Shown here piece after piece: positions 31,605 through 40,971 of a stretch of DNA of 64,000 nt. The DNA is taken from NCBI GenBank assembly GCA_947464185.1, contig CANHVY010000018.1, positions 3,220-67,219 of the forward strand, read 5' to 3'. This stretch comes from Burkholderiales bacterium (lineage in GTDB: Bacteria > Pseudomonadota > Gammaproteobacteria > Burkholderiales > Burkholderiaceae_C). The stretch's first letter is position 1; every line of letters begins with the position of its first letter. The notes below the pieces were generated by a model. That model was not told where the DNA came from. It searched no databases and was given only the letters and a program-made list of their open reading frames with translations. A program made the position numbers and the translations under genes.

Positions 31605-32819
31605 CTACGGCAGCAAGTGCCGCTTGAGCCCGCCCACGGCCCAGGAACCCGCGGCGACCGACCCACCCACCAACCAGAACAAGGCACCGGCGCCCACGGC
31701 CAGGCCCGCAGCGCCGAACAGCAGCGGCATCAGCGTGCTGGAGAGGTTGATGGCCATGGAGCGAAAGGCCAGCGTCTCGCCATGGCGGTTGTCGGGTGTC
31801 AGGTGGTGCAGCGCTGACATCACCATCGGCTGGGTGCTGCCCAGGGTGACGCCCAGTACCGCCGCGCACAGGCCCATCTGCCAGGGGCTCGTCGCCAGCG
31901 GGTACAGCGCGAAGACCGCCCCGGTGCCCAGCATGCCCCAGCGGATCATGGCCGTCTCCTCCATGCGATGGGCCAACGCCGGGATGGCCAGGCGGATGGC
32001 GCTGACGCTCAGGGTGAAAGTGCCCAGGATCAGGCCGATGGTGGAGGCGCTGAACCCCCGGTCGTGTCCGATGATGGGCAACGCGAAGGCGTGCACGTCC
32101 CAGCAGGCGGACAGCAACCAGTTCGACAACAGCAGCCGCTTCATGCCGGGCGCGGCCAGCAGGCTCCATGCGCTGCCCAGGGTGCCCGCCGAAGCCGATG
32201 CCTGCGCGCGGGGCATGCGCGGCACCTGGCGTGCGCTCCACCAGGTCAGCGCAATGAGCGGGAACATGAGGGCGTAGGCGGCGGCGAAGCCGGCCCAGTC
32301 GATCATGAAGCCAAGAGCCACAGGCCCGACCACGTTGGCAAACGAGGGGGCCACGCCCAGCCAGCTGAACATGCGCACGCGCTCGGTGCTGTCTCGGGCG
32401 ACCAGGCCGGCGGTGCGCTGGATGGCCAGCATGCCCATATTGGTGCCGCTGCCGCACAAGGTGGCGGCCAGGCACAAGAGGCCGAAGTGCAGCGCACCTT
32501 CCACGAAGGTGGCGCCCAGGGCGCACACCGCTCCCAGGGCGGAAAGCAGCACGGCGATCCCCACCGGGCGGTGGTAGCCATGACGGTCTGCCAGCCGCCC
32601 GGAGGGCATGGCCAGCATCACGGGCGCAGCGGCGAACAAAGCCAGCAGCAGCCCCACGGACCAGGCGCTGTAGCCCTCCCGCAGGGCCTGCAAGGGCGCG
32701 GCCAGTCGCAGGCCGGCCATCGCCGCGTGGATACCCACCTGGCCCAGCACCAGCGCGAGCATGGTGCGGCTGTTCAGGCCCGCGCCCGGCAGGATGGGCG
32801 GGCTGCCAGGTTCAGACAC
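31605..32819 (-). CDS. MFS transporter
   Basis: About 12 hydrophobic segments and the MFS loop motif GRLADRHGYHRP. 404 aa. Confidence 0.8.
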   Translation of the reverse strand: MSEPGSPPILPGAGLNSRTMLALVLGQVGIHAAMAGLRLAAPLQALREGYSAWSVGLLLALFAAAPVMLAMPSGRLADRHGYHRPVGIAVLLSALGAVCALGATFVEGALHFGLLCLAATLCGSGTNMGMLAIQRTAGLVARDSTERVRMFSWLGVAPSFANVVGPVALGFMIDWAGFAAAYALMFPLIALTWWSARQVPRMPRAQASASAGTLGSAWSLLAAPGMKRLLLSNWLLSACWDVHAFALPIIGHDRGFSASTIGLILGTFTLSVSAIRLAIPALAHRMEETAMIRWGMLGTGAVFALYPLATSPWQMGLCAAVLGVTLGSTQPMVMSALHHLTPDNRHGETLAFRSMAINLSSTLMPLLFGAAGLAVGAGALFWLVGGSVAAGSWAVGGLKRHLLP

Positions 32820-34122
32820 CGGGCGAGCCGTCCTCTTCCTCAGGTTCAGGGTCAGCCGACAGAGGCAGCAGGGCCTGCACCTGCGCCTCGGGCAGCGACT
32901 CCACGCCCTTGAGCTGCCGCGCCATGGCCCGCGTGCGCACTTCGGCGGCGTCGATGGTGCTGGCGGCCTCGGACAGCTTCTTCTTCGTCTTGGCCAGCAC
33001 GTCGCCGAACTTGCCGAACTCGGTCTTCACCGCGCCCAGCACCTGCCAGACCTCGGCGCTGCGCTTCTCCAGCGCCAGGGTGCGAAAGCCCATCTGCAGG
33101 CTGGACAGCGTCGCCAGCAAGGTGGTCGGCCCAGTCAGCGAAACGCGGTATTCGCGCTGCAGCGCCTCCACCAGCCCGGGGCGGCGCAGCGCCTCGGCAT
33201 AAAGCCCCTCGGTGGGCACGAAGAGGATGGCGAAGTCCGTGGTGTGCGGGGCGGCCACGTACTTCTCACGGATCGTTCGGGCTTCTGCCTTCAGCCGGAC
33301 CTCGATGGCGCGGGCGGCGGCCTCGGCGGCCTGCGGATCGGCCCGATCCTGGGCGTCCAGCAGCCTCTCGTAGTCCTCGCGCGGGAACTTCGCGTCAATG
33401 GGCAGCCACAAGGTGGTGCCGTCATCGCCGCGTCCGGGCAGACGGATCGCGAACTCCACGCGCGCACCGCTGCCGGGCACGGTCTCGACATTGGCGGCGT
33501 ACTGCTGCGGCGTGAACACCTGTTCCAGCAGGCCCGCGAGTTGCACTTCGCCGAAGATGCCGCGGGTCTTCACGTTGGTCAGCACCCGGTTGAGCGAGCC
33601 CACGTCACGCGCCAGGCCCTGCATCTCACCCAGCCCCTGGTGCACCTGCTCCAGACGCTCGGCCACCTGCTTGAAACTCTCGCCCAGCCGCTGCTCCAGC
33701 GTGGCATGCAGCTTTTCGTCCACGGTGGCGCGCATCTGCTCCAGCTTGCGCTCGTTGCCCTCCTGCAGAGCCTTGAGTTGTTCCTGCACGGCGGCACGCA
33801 CCTCGCCCAGGCGCTGCTCGTTGCGCAGCGACAGGTGGCCCAGTTGCTCGTTCTGCGTGCGGGCAGCCTCGGCCCCCTGGGCCAGCAGCGTCTGCTGAAA
33901 GCCGGCGAGGTCGGCGCGCGAGGCCTGCGCCTGGCGGCCCAGTTCATCTCGCAGCTCGCGCTCCAGCCGCTCCATCTGCGCCAGGGTTTCGGCGTGCCGG
34001 CGCTCGTGGGCGCCGCCATCGCCACGGCTCCCTCGCAGCCACAGCCCTGCCAGCACCAGCAGGTTCACCGCGGCCAGGACGACCAGAGCGACCAGCGCGA
34101 CCGTCCAGGCGTCCGTCGTCAT
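32812..34122 (-). CDS. rmuC: DNA recombination protein RmuC
   Basis: N-terminal TM anchor, a long coiled-coil, and a C-terminal RmuC nuclease-like block (VEFAIRLPG...LPIDAKFP). The start was set at ATG 34122, which overlaps the upstream stop (ATGA). Confidence 0.85.
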   Translation of the reverse strand: MTTDAWTVALVALVVLAAVNLLVLAGLWLRGSRGDGGAHERRHAETLAQMERLERELRDELGRQAQASRADLAGFQQTLLAQGAEAARTQNEQLGHLSLRNEQRLGEVRAAVQEQLKALQEGNERKLEQMRATVDEKLHATLEQRLGESFKQVAERLEQVHQGLGEMQGLARDVGSLNRVLTNVKTRGIFGEVQLAGLLEQVFTPQQYAANVETVPGSGARVEFAIRLPGRGDDGTTLWLPIDAKFPREDYERLLDAQDRADPQAAEAAARAIEVRLKAEARTIREKYVAAPHTTDFAILFVPTEGLYAEALRRPGLVEALQREYRVSLTGPTTLLATLSSLQMGFRTLALEKRSAEVWQVLGAVKTEFGKFGDVLAKTKKKLSEAASTIDAAEVRTRAMARQLKGVESLPEAQVQALLPLSADPEPEEEDGSPGV

Positions 34123-35111
34123 GCGGGGCGCAGCGGCAACACCTGCGGGTTGAGGGGGGTGGGCGGCGTGCCTCCCGTGAGCGCCGCAATCAGGTTGTCC
34201 GCCGCCAAGTCGGCCATGGCGCGTCGCGTGGCCACGGTGGCGCTGGCGATGTGCGGCGTGAGCACCACGTTGGGCACCGTCAGCAAGTCCGGGTGCACCT
34301 GGGGCTCGCCCTCGAACACGTCCAGCCCTGCCGCTGCAATGCGTCGCTCGCGCAAGGCCACGGCCAGCGCGGCGTCGTCGACGATGCCACCCCGGGCCAC
34401 GTTGGTGAGTGTCGCAGTGGGTTTCATCTGCGCCAGCTCGGCCGCACCGATGGCATGGTGGCTGCTGGCCGAATAGGGCAGCACCAGCACCAGATGGTCG
34501 GCCTCTCGCAACAGCGTGGCCTTGTCCACGTAGCACGCCCTCAGCGGGGCCTCCTGCTCGGCGGCCAGGCGGGAGCGGTTGTGATAAATCACCTTCATGC
34601 CAAAGCCCAGCGCACCGCGCCGCGCGATGGCCTGGCCGATGCGGCCCATGCCCAGGATACCCAGCGTGGCGCCATGAACGTCGCTGCCGGTGAACATGTC
34701 GTAGGCCCAGCGGGTCCAGTCGCCCCGGCGCAGGAAATGTTCGCTCTCGGCCATACGCCGTGCCGTGGCCATCATCAGTGCGAAGCCGAAGTCGGCCGTG
34801 GTCTCGGTCAGCACGTCGGGCGTGTTGGTGGCCAGCACGCCACGCGCGGTGCAGGCCTCCACGTCGAAGTTGTTGTACCCCACCGCCATGTTGGCCACCA
34901 CACGCAACTGCAGGTTGGCGTCCAGCACCTGCGCGTCGATGCGCTCACTGCCGGTGGTGAAGGCGCCCGCCTTGCCGTGCAGGCGCTCGGTCAGCTGCGG
35001 CTTGGTGAAGATGGTGTCGCCGGGGTTGTCCTCGACGTTGAAATGCTCGCGCAGGCGTGCCACCGTCTCGGGGAAGACGGCGCGCGCCACCAGGACGGCA
35101 GGTCTGCTCAT
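34119..35111 (-). CDS. D-isomer-specific 2-hydroxyacid dehydrogenase (glyoxylate/hydroxypyruvate reductase-like)
   Basis: NAD motif GILGMGRIGQAIARR and catalytic-region residues NVARGGIVD and TPHIASAT. The start was trimmed to ATG at 35111. Confidence 0.85.
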   Translation of the reverse strand: MSRPAVLVARAVFPETVARLREHFNVEDNPGDTIFTKPQLTERLHGKAGAFTTGSERIDAQVLDANLQLRVVANMAVGYNNFDVEACTARGVLATNTPDVLTETTADFGFALMMATARRMAESEHFLRRGDWTRWAYDMFTGSDVHGATLGILGMGRIGQAIARRGALGFGMKVIYHNRSRLAAEQEAPLRACYVDKATLLREADHLVLVLPYSASSHHAIGAAELAQMKPTATLTNVARGGIVDDAALAVALRERRIAAAGLDVFEGEPQVHPDLLTVPNVVLTPHIASATVATRRAMADLAADNLIAALTGGTPPTPLNPQVLPLRPA

Positions 35112-35125
35112 GTGTGGTCGCCCCC

Positions 35126-36634
35126 TCAACGGAACCAGATGAAAGTCATGATGACGAACAGCGGAATCAGGATGCAACCGCTCCAGGCCATGTAGCCGAA
35201 GAAGCTGGGCATGCGGATGCCGCGATCCTCGGCAATCGCCTTGACCATGAAGTTGGGCGCGTTACCGATGTAGGTGTTGGCCCCCATGAACACGGCGCCC
35301 GCCGAGATGGCCGCCAGCGTGGCCGCGCCGGTGGTCATCAGCACCTGCGGGTCTCCCCCGGCGAGGTTGAAGAACACCAGGTAGGTGGGCGCGTTGTCGA
35401 GGAAGGAGCTCAAGGCACCCGTGAACCAGAAGTAGGCCCAGGGCAACGGCTCACCGCCCGGACCGGTGACCGATCGCACCACGGCGGCAAAGGGTCCGGC
35501 CTCGCCAGCCTTGAGCATGGCCAGCACCGGCACCATGGTGACGAAAATGCCGATGAAGAGCTTGGCCACCTCCTGCATGGGCGCCCAGGAGAACTGGTTG
35601 TCCTCGCGCACCGAGCGCTTCGTCAGGGCCAGCGACACGAAGGTCACCGCGATCAGCAGGCCGTCGCGCACGATCTGCTGCAGTTCCACGGGCGTGCCGA
35701 AGACGTTGAAGCTGATGCCAGGCTTCCAGGTGCCGCTCATCAGCACCAGCACCGCCACCGCCAGCAACAGCAGGAAGTTCACCCCGCCCTGGATGCCGAA
35801 GGCCTGGTCGTCCGGTGTCGGGTCTGCGCGCTGCACGCCCTCCTTGCGGTACCAGTAGCTGTCGATGACATAGAAGATGGCGAGCAAAGCGCCCACCAGG
35901 AACAGCGTCTCCGGGAAGATGGTCTTCACGGTCCAGAAGAAGTCCACGCCCTTGAGAAAGCCCAGGAACAGCGGCGGATCACCCAGCGGCGTGAGGGACC
36001 CCCCGGCGTTGCTGACGATGAAGATGAAGAACACGATCACATGAGCCACATGCTTGCGGTTGTCATTGGCGCGGATCAGGGGCCGGATGAGCAGCATCGA
36101 TGCGCCCGTGGTCCCCATGAAGCTGGCCAGCACCGCGCCGATGCCCATGATGGCGGTGTTCAGCCCAGGGCTGCCGTGCAGGTTGCCGCGCACGTAGATG
36201 CCGCCGGCCACGGTGAACAGCGCGGTCAGCAGGACGATGAAAGGGATGTACTCGGCCAGCAGCACATGCACCAGCATGCCACCCGTGAGGCCCACGCCCT
36301 GGGTCATGGCGAACGGCACCAGCAGCAGCAGGGCCCACCCCGCAGCGATCTTGCCGAAGTGGTGGTGCCAGATGTGCGGAATCGCCAGCGGCATGATGGC
36401 GATGGACAGCAACATGCCGGCGAACGGTAGGGCCCACCAGGCGGACAGGGCGCGGCCGTCGATCTCCGCAGCCATCGCCATCTGGGGCATCAGCGCCAGC
36501 AGGGAAATGGCCGCGAGACATGCCGCCCCACGGCTGATCATCGGCCGCCGTTGCTGCTGCACTGCAGCGTCCACGGCGGCCACAGGCGCCTCCCCCGCCT
36601 TGTTCCCAGCATCCGGAATTCGTCGCACTGTCAT
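35126..36634 (-). CDS. Ion transporter of the ArsB/NhaD (sodium:proton antiporter-like) permease superfamily
   Basis: About 500 aa and highly hydrophobic multi-TM, with overall similarity to NhaD/citrate-transporter-fold permeases. The start was set at ATG 36634 (MTVRRIP). Confidence 0.65.
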   Translation of the reverse strand: MTVRRIPDAGNKAGEAPVAAVDAAVQQQRRPMISRGAACLAAISLLALMPQMAMAAEIDGRALSAWWALPFAGMLLSIAIMPLAIPHIWHHHFGKIAAGWALLLLVPFAMTQGVGLTGGMLVHVLLAEYIPFIVLLTALFTVAGGIYVRGNLHGSPGLNTAIMGIGAVLASFMGTTGASMLLIRPLIRANDNRKHVAHVIVFFIFIVSNAGGSLTPLGDPPLFLGFLKGVDFFWTVKTIFPETLFLVGALLAIFYVIDSYWYRKEGVQRADPTPDDQAFGIQGGVNFLLLLAVAVLVLMSGTWKPGISFNVFGTPVELQQIVRDGLLIAVTFVSLALTKRSVREDNQFSWAPMQEVAKLFIGIFVTMVPVLAMLKAGEAGPFAAVVRSVTGPGGEPLPWAYFWFTGALSSFLDNAPTYLVFFNLAGGDPQVLMTTGAATLAAISAGAVFMGANTYIGNAPNFMVKAIAEDRGIRMPSFFGYMAWSGCILIPLFVIMTFIWFR

Positions 36635-36638
36635 CGCT

Positions 36639-37349
36639 TTACTCCAGGAAGCGGGCAAAACCGGCCACCGGCTCGCGCTCGGTGACCAGGGTGTTCTCGA
36701 TGGCCTTGGGGTCGGCATGACCCAGCGCCATGCCGCACACCACCATCTCCTCAGCGGGGAGTTGAAGTTCCTCGCTGATGAGTCGGTGGAACTGCGTGAA
36801 GGCCGCCTGCGGGCAGGTGTCCAGCCCCCGCGCGCGCGCAGCCACCATGACGCTCTGCAGGAACATGCCGTAGTCCAGCCAGCTGCCCTGCTGCATGACC
36901 CGGTCGATGGTGAAGATGAGGCCCACGGGCGCTTCGAAAAAGGCGTAGTTGCGGGCGTGCTGCGCGTGCATGCGCACCTTGTCGGTCTTGGCAATGCCCA
37001 ACAGGCTGTAGAGATCCCAGCCCACCTTCCGGCGGCGGTCCACATAGGGCGAGCGCCACTCGGTCGGGTAGTAGGCGTACTCCTCGGTGTGCTGGCCGCG
37101 TTGGACCGGGTCGTCGTAGACAGCGCAAATCCGGGCGCTCAAGCGCTGCCGGGCCGCGCCCGTCAGCACATAGACCTTCCAGGGCTGGGTGTTCGTGCCT
37201 GAGGGCGCGCGCGAAGCCACCGCCAGGATCTCCTCGATGGTCTGGCGCGGCACGGGCGTGGGCAGGTAGGCGCGGATGGAGCGGCGCGAGGTGATGGCCT
37301 GGTCGACTGCGGCAGCGGTTGGCGCAGAAGAGGGGGTTTCAGCGGTCAT
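36639..37349 (-). CDS. Nitroreductase family protein
   Basis: N-terminal RRSIRAY motif, SGTNTQPW, and 236 aa. Confidence 0.8.
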   Translation of the reverse strand: MTAETPSSAPTAAAVDQAITSRRSIRAYLPTPVPRQTIEEILAVASRAPSGTNTQPWKVYVLTGAARQRLSARICAVYDDPVQRGQHTEEYAYYPTEWRSPYVDRRRKVGWDLYSLLGIAKTDKVRMHAQHARNYAFFEAPVGLIFTIDRVMQQGSWLDYGMFLQSVMVAARARGLDTCPQAAFTQFHRLISEELQLPAEEMVVCGMALGHADPKAIENTLVTEREPVAGFARFLE

Positions 37350-37794
37350 GGGCCTGGGCTTTCAGGGGTTGGAGGGCCTTGACAAGCCCCTCGGGAAAAC
37401 GGTCCACCGGGCGCCGGGTGAGGCGGTCGACATAGACATGCACGAAGTGGCCGGCGGCGGCGGCGCGATCCTCACCGTGAGCGAAGAGGGCGATCTCGTA
37501 GCGCACGCTGGAGCGCCCCACATGGGCCACCCGCAGCCCAGCCTGGACGGACTGGGGAAACGACAAGGGTGAGAAGTAGCTGCAGTGGGTCTCGACCACG
37601 AGCCCGATCACTGCGCCGGCAGCCGGGTCCAGGGCTCCCTGCTCGATCAGGTAGCGGTTCACCGCGCTGTCGAAGAAGCTGTAGTAAACGACGTTGTTGA
37701 CATGCCCATAGGCGTCGTTGTCCATCCACCGGGTGGAGATCGTCTCGAAGTGCGGGTAGCCATCGCGCGTGGGCGAGGACGGACGGTCCGGCAT
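37339..37794 (-). CDS. Hotdog-fold acyl-CoA thioesterase (4HBT/YbgC-like)
   Basis: Motif [18 protein letters not shown], and about 150 aa. Confidence 0.75.
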   Translation of the reverse strand: MPDRPSSPTRDGYPHFETISTRWMDNDAYGHVNNVVYYSFFDSAVNRYLIEQGALDPAAGAVIGLVVETHCSYFSPLSFPQSVQAGLRVAHVGRSSVRYEIALFAHGEDRAAAAGHFVHVYVDRLTRRPVDRFPEGLVKALQPLKAQAHDR

Positions 37795-37851
37795 CTGATG
37801 AGGTCTGCGTCGGCTGGAGGGGTTCGGTACGGGGCGGTGCGTCGGTGAGCA

Positions 37852-38811
37852 TCACGCCCCGGCAGATTGTGCCGCCTGCCTGGGCCACCGCTGCCAGGCT
37901 GCACACGCCAGGGCCAGCGTGCGGGCCTGGATCTGCACCGTGACGCCCAGGTCTCGCCCATAGCCTCCGGCCATCGACAGGGCGACCGGCACGCGGCGCT
38001 GGTGCAACCAGTCCAGCACCCTGCGGTCGCGCTCGGCCAGGCCATCGGCGCTGATCTTCAGGCGGCCCAGGCGGTCGTTCTCATGCGGGTCGGCACCAGC
38101 CAAGTAGAACGCCAAGCCTGGTGGCAAGCCCTCCATGCGCCGGTCCACTTGCTGCAGGGCGTCTTCCAGCGAAGAGAGGTAGGCCTGATCGGTGCAGCCA
38201 TCGGGGAGGTCGACGTCCAGGTCGCTGGTCTCCTTGCGGAAGGGGAAGTTCCTGGCACCGTGCATCGAGAGCGTGAACACACTGTCATCGCTCTGGAAGA
38301 TGGAGGCGGTGCCGTTGCCCTGGTGCACGTCCAGGTCGATGACCAGCACGCGCAGCACGCTCCGGCGCAGTCGATGCCATTCGGCCTGCATCAGGCGTGC
38401 GGCCACCGCAACGTCGTTGAACACGCAGTAGCCCGAGCCCTTGTGGGCATAGGCATGGTGGGTGCCGCCCGCCAGGTTGGCCGCCACGCCGTCGCCCTCC
38501 AGCAAGGCGCAGCGCGCCGCCGCGATGCTGGCCCCCACGGACCGGCGCGAACGCTCCACCATCTGCGGCGTCCAAGGAAAGCCGATCTCTCGCTGTTGCG
38601 CGGGCGTGGTGCGGCCCTCCACCACCGCGCCGATCCAGGCCGGGTCATGCACCAGGGCCAGTTCACCGTCGGTGGCCGGCGGTGCCTCTTGCACACGGAT
38701 CTCGGGCACCGCCTGCGCAACCGCTTCCCGCAGCAGGCGGTACTTGTCCATGGGGAAGGTGTGCCCGGCGGGCAGCGGGAGCACGAAACGGTCGGAGTGG
38801 AAGGCCCGCAT
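37852..38811 (-). CDS. Histone deacetylase-family (acetoin utilisation/AcuC-like) deacetylase
   Basis: Active-site blocks [23 protein letters not shown] and [10 protein letters not shown]. The start was set at ATG 38811; the upstream part of the 584-aa ORF is Gly/Leu junk antisense to the phasin gene. Confidence 0.85.
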   Translation of the reverse strand: MRAFHSDRFVLPLPAGHTFPMDKYRLLREAVAQAVPEIRVQEAPPATDGELALVHDPAWIGAVVEGRTTPAQQREIGFPWTPQMVERSRRSVGASIAAARCALLEGDGVAANLAGGTHHAYAHKGSGYCVFNDVAVAARLMQAEWHRLRRSVLRVLVIDLDVHQGNGTASIFQSDDSVFTLSMHGARNFPFRKETSDLDVDLPDGCTDQAYLSSLEDALQQVDRRMEGLPPGLAFYLAGADPHENDRLGRLKISADGLAERDRRVLDWLHQRRVPVALSMAGGYGRDLGVTVQIQARTLALACAAWQRWPRQAAQSAGA

Positions 38812-38979
38812 CAGGGGCTGGATTCTAGGAACGGCAAAGAATTTGTTGCGCCGCAGCAAAAACCGCTTGCAATGCCCCGTGGAAACCCTATACTTCGATT
38901 CATGTTGCAGCGCAGCATATCTCTGTAACCCAGCACTTTGTCCCAGTCCTTCAACTTCATTCCATTCAAGGAGATCACC

Positions 38980-39537
38980 ATGTCCTATCTGACCGCTGAA
39001 CAAATGGTTGCCGCCCACAAGGCCAACGTCGAGACCCTCTTCGGCCTGACCCAGAAGGCCTTCGAAGGCGTCGAAAAGCTCGTCGAGCTGAACATCCAGG
39101 TCGCCAAGACCGCGATGGTCGAGGCCGCTGACACCACCAAGGCCGCCCTGTCCGTGAAGGACGCGCAAGAGCTGCTGGCCCTGCAGCAAGCCATGCTGCA
39201 ACCCGCCGCCGAGAAGGCTGCCGCCTACGGCCGTCACGTGTACGAGATCACCGCCTCCACCAACAGCGAAGTGGCCAAGGTGGCCGAGAGCCAGCTGGCC
39301 GAGATCCAGTCGAAGTTCACCGCCCTGGTGGACACCGCCGTCAAGAACGCGCCTGCCGGCACCGAGAACGCCGTGACCCTTGTGAAGTCTGCCGTGGCTG
39401 CTGCCAACAACGCCTTCGAAACCGTGCAGAAGGCTGCCAAGCAGGCCACCGATGTGGCCGAAGCCAATTTCCAGGCCATGACCAACACCGCAGTCAAGGC
39501 TACGCAAGCCCAGACCCGCGCCCGTCGCGCCGCCTGA
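38980..39537 (+). CDS. phaP: Phasin (PHA granule-associated protein)
   Basis: Ala/Lys/Glu-rich amphipathic helical protein with the phasin N-terminal pattern ([30 protein letters not shown]). Strong RBS AAGGAGA 6 nt upstream of the ATG. Confidence 0.85.
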   Translation: MSYLTAEQMVAAHKANVETLFGLTQKAFEGVEKLVELNIQVAKTAMVEAADTTKAALSVKDAQELLALQQAMLQPAAEKAAAYGRHVYEITASTNSEVAKVAESQLAEIQSKFTALVDTAVKNAPAGTENAVTLVKSAVAAANNAFETVQKAAKQATDVAEANFQAMTNTAVKATQAQTRARRAA

Positions 39538-39668
39538 ACAGCGCATCGCCGAACACGCCGACCGAGGGCCATTGCGCAAGACTCCCACCCGTTTGCGCTT
39601 GCGCAAGCGGATGAGGATCCGGATGGAGTCTGATCCTCACTGACGGAAGTGCTTTTCGAAAGCGTTGC

Positions 39669-39762
39669 GGCTCGGCTTGTCCGGGCCGCTCTTTTTTCTG
39701 GCTCGGCTTGTCCGGGCCGCTCTTTTTTCTGGCCCGGCTTGTCCGGGCCGTCTTCTTTTTCT
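39669..39762 (+). repeat. Three tandem ~31-nt units, each a terminator-like hairpin plus T-tract
   Basis: Units at 39669-39699, 39700-39730 and 39731-39762. Each reads GGC(T/C)CGG-cttgt-CCGGGCC followed by a CTCTTTTTTCT-like T-rich tail. Confidence 0.75.
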
Positions 39763-39846
39763 GCCGGACTTTCTGTCCGAGCGCACCTACCGTCCGAGCT
39801 TCTTGCCCGGGCTTTCTGTCCGGAGCCTCCAGGCAGCGTCCGTGGT

Positions 39847-40794
39847 TCAGCGCGTCAAGGCCGTGATGCGCGCCCGCAGGGACGCCAGCACGAGTTGCGC
39901 CGCTTCCCGTCCCGCCGCGATGGCACGGCTGCGCGCGGTGAAGTCTGCGCTGCCCACGCCTTGCAGCCGCGGCCGGACCACGATATCGGCATCGCGCAGT
40001 TCAAAGTGGTTGATGCTCTTGCCCATGATCGAGAAGGTCTGCATCAGCATCTTGAAGGGGTCGCCAGTGGGTGCACCGTCGGGCGGCGTGGAGATGTCCA
40101 CCGCCACCACCAGCTCCGCCCCCATCTGGCGCGCAAAGCGCACGGGCACGGGCGACACCAGGCCGCCATCCACATACTCGCGCGCGCCGATCTTGACCGG
40201 CTGGAACACGGCCGGCACCGCGCTGGAGGCCCGCACAGCCATGCCCGTGTCGCCACGCTGGAACAGGATGGCTGCGCCGCTGTCCAGGTCGGTGGCCACG
40301 ATGCCCAGCGGCAGGCTCATCTGCTCGATGGCGCGCTGCCCTGTCTGCTCGCGCACGTAGCGCGCCAGGGCCTCGCCCCGTATCAATCCCCTGCCGGGAA
40401 ACGCCCAGTCCGTGATCGCGCCTTCATCCATGGACTGGGCCAAGGCAGCCAGTTCCCCGCCGTTGCGGCCGGCAGCGTAGAGCGCGGCCACCAGGCTGCC
40501 CGCGGAGGTGCCCACCACGAGGTCGGGCTTGATGCCCGCCTCCTCCAGCACCTGGATCACCCCAATGTGCGCAAAGCCGCGCGCAGCGCCCCCGCCCAGG
40601 GCCAAGCCCAGGCGAGGCGGTCTGGGCGGGGCCGGCGGCGCGGGCGTGGGCGGGACCTCAATCGGGCGTGTGGCGGGTGGCACCGACTGGCACCCGGCCA
40701 GCGCCGTACCCAGGAACGCCAAGAGGGTTGTGCGCCTGGAACTGTCCACAGGTGACGGGAGCGCCCCCTTATAACCCATACGCATGAACATCAA
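39847..40794 (-). CDS. Patatin-like phospholipase (lipoprotein signal)
   Basis: Lipobox LAGC, oxyanion GGGAARG, nucleophile elbow GTSAGS, and catalytic Asp in VDGGL. Confidence 0.85.
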   Translation of the reverse strand: MMFMRMGYKGALPSPVDSSRRTTLLAFLGTALAGCQSVPPATRPIEVPPTPAPPAPPRPPRLGLALGGGAARGFAHIGVIQVLEEAGIKPDLVVGTSAGSLVAALYAAGRNGGELAALAQSMDEGAITDWAFPGRGLIRGEALARYVREQTGQRAIEQMSLPLGIVATDLDSGAAILFQRGDTGMAVRASSAVPAVFQPVKIGAREYVDGGLVSPVPVRFARQMGAELVVAVDISTPPDGAPTGDPFKMLMQTFSIMGKSINHFELRDADIVVRPRLQGVGSADFTARSRAIAAGREAAQLVLASLRARITALTR

Positions 40795-40971
40795 ACTAAT
40801 CGGTTCTTTTCAAGAATGAGGAGGCTGCCTAGAGTCAGGCCCTGAGGCCGTGATCCTGCGCGCGGGGTCTTCCATGGCCTGCCTGACAGCCATCGTGAGA
40901 CGCGGCGGATTGTCACCGCAGCCCTGGGGCCTCGCCCGCTGTCACCGTTTCGCCACCACAGACCTGCTGCC

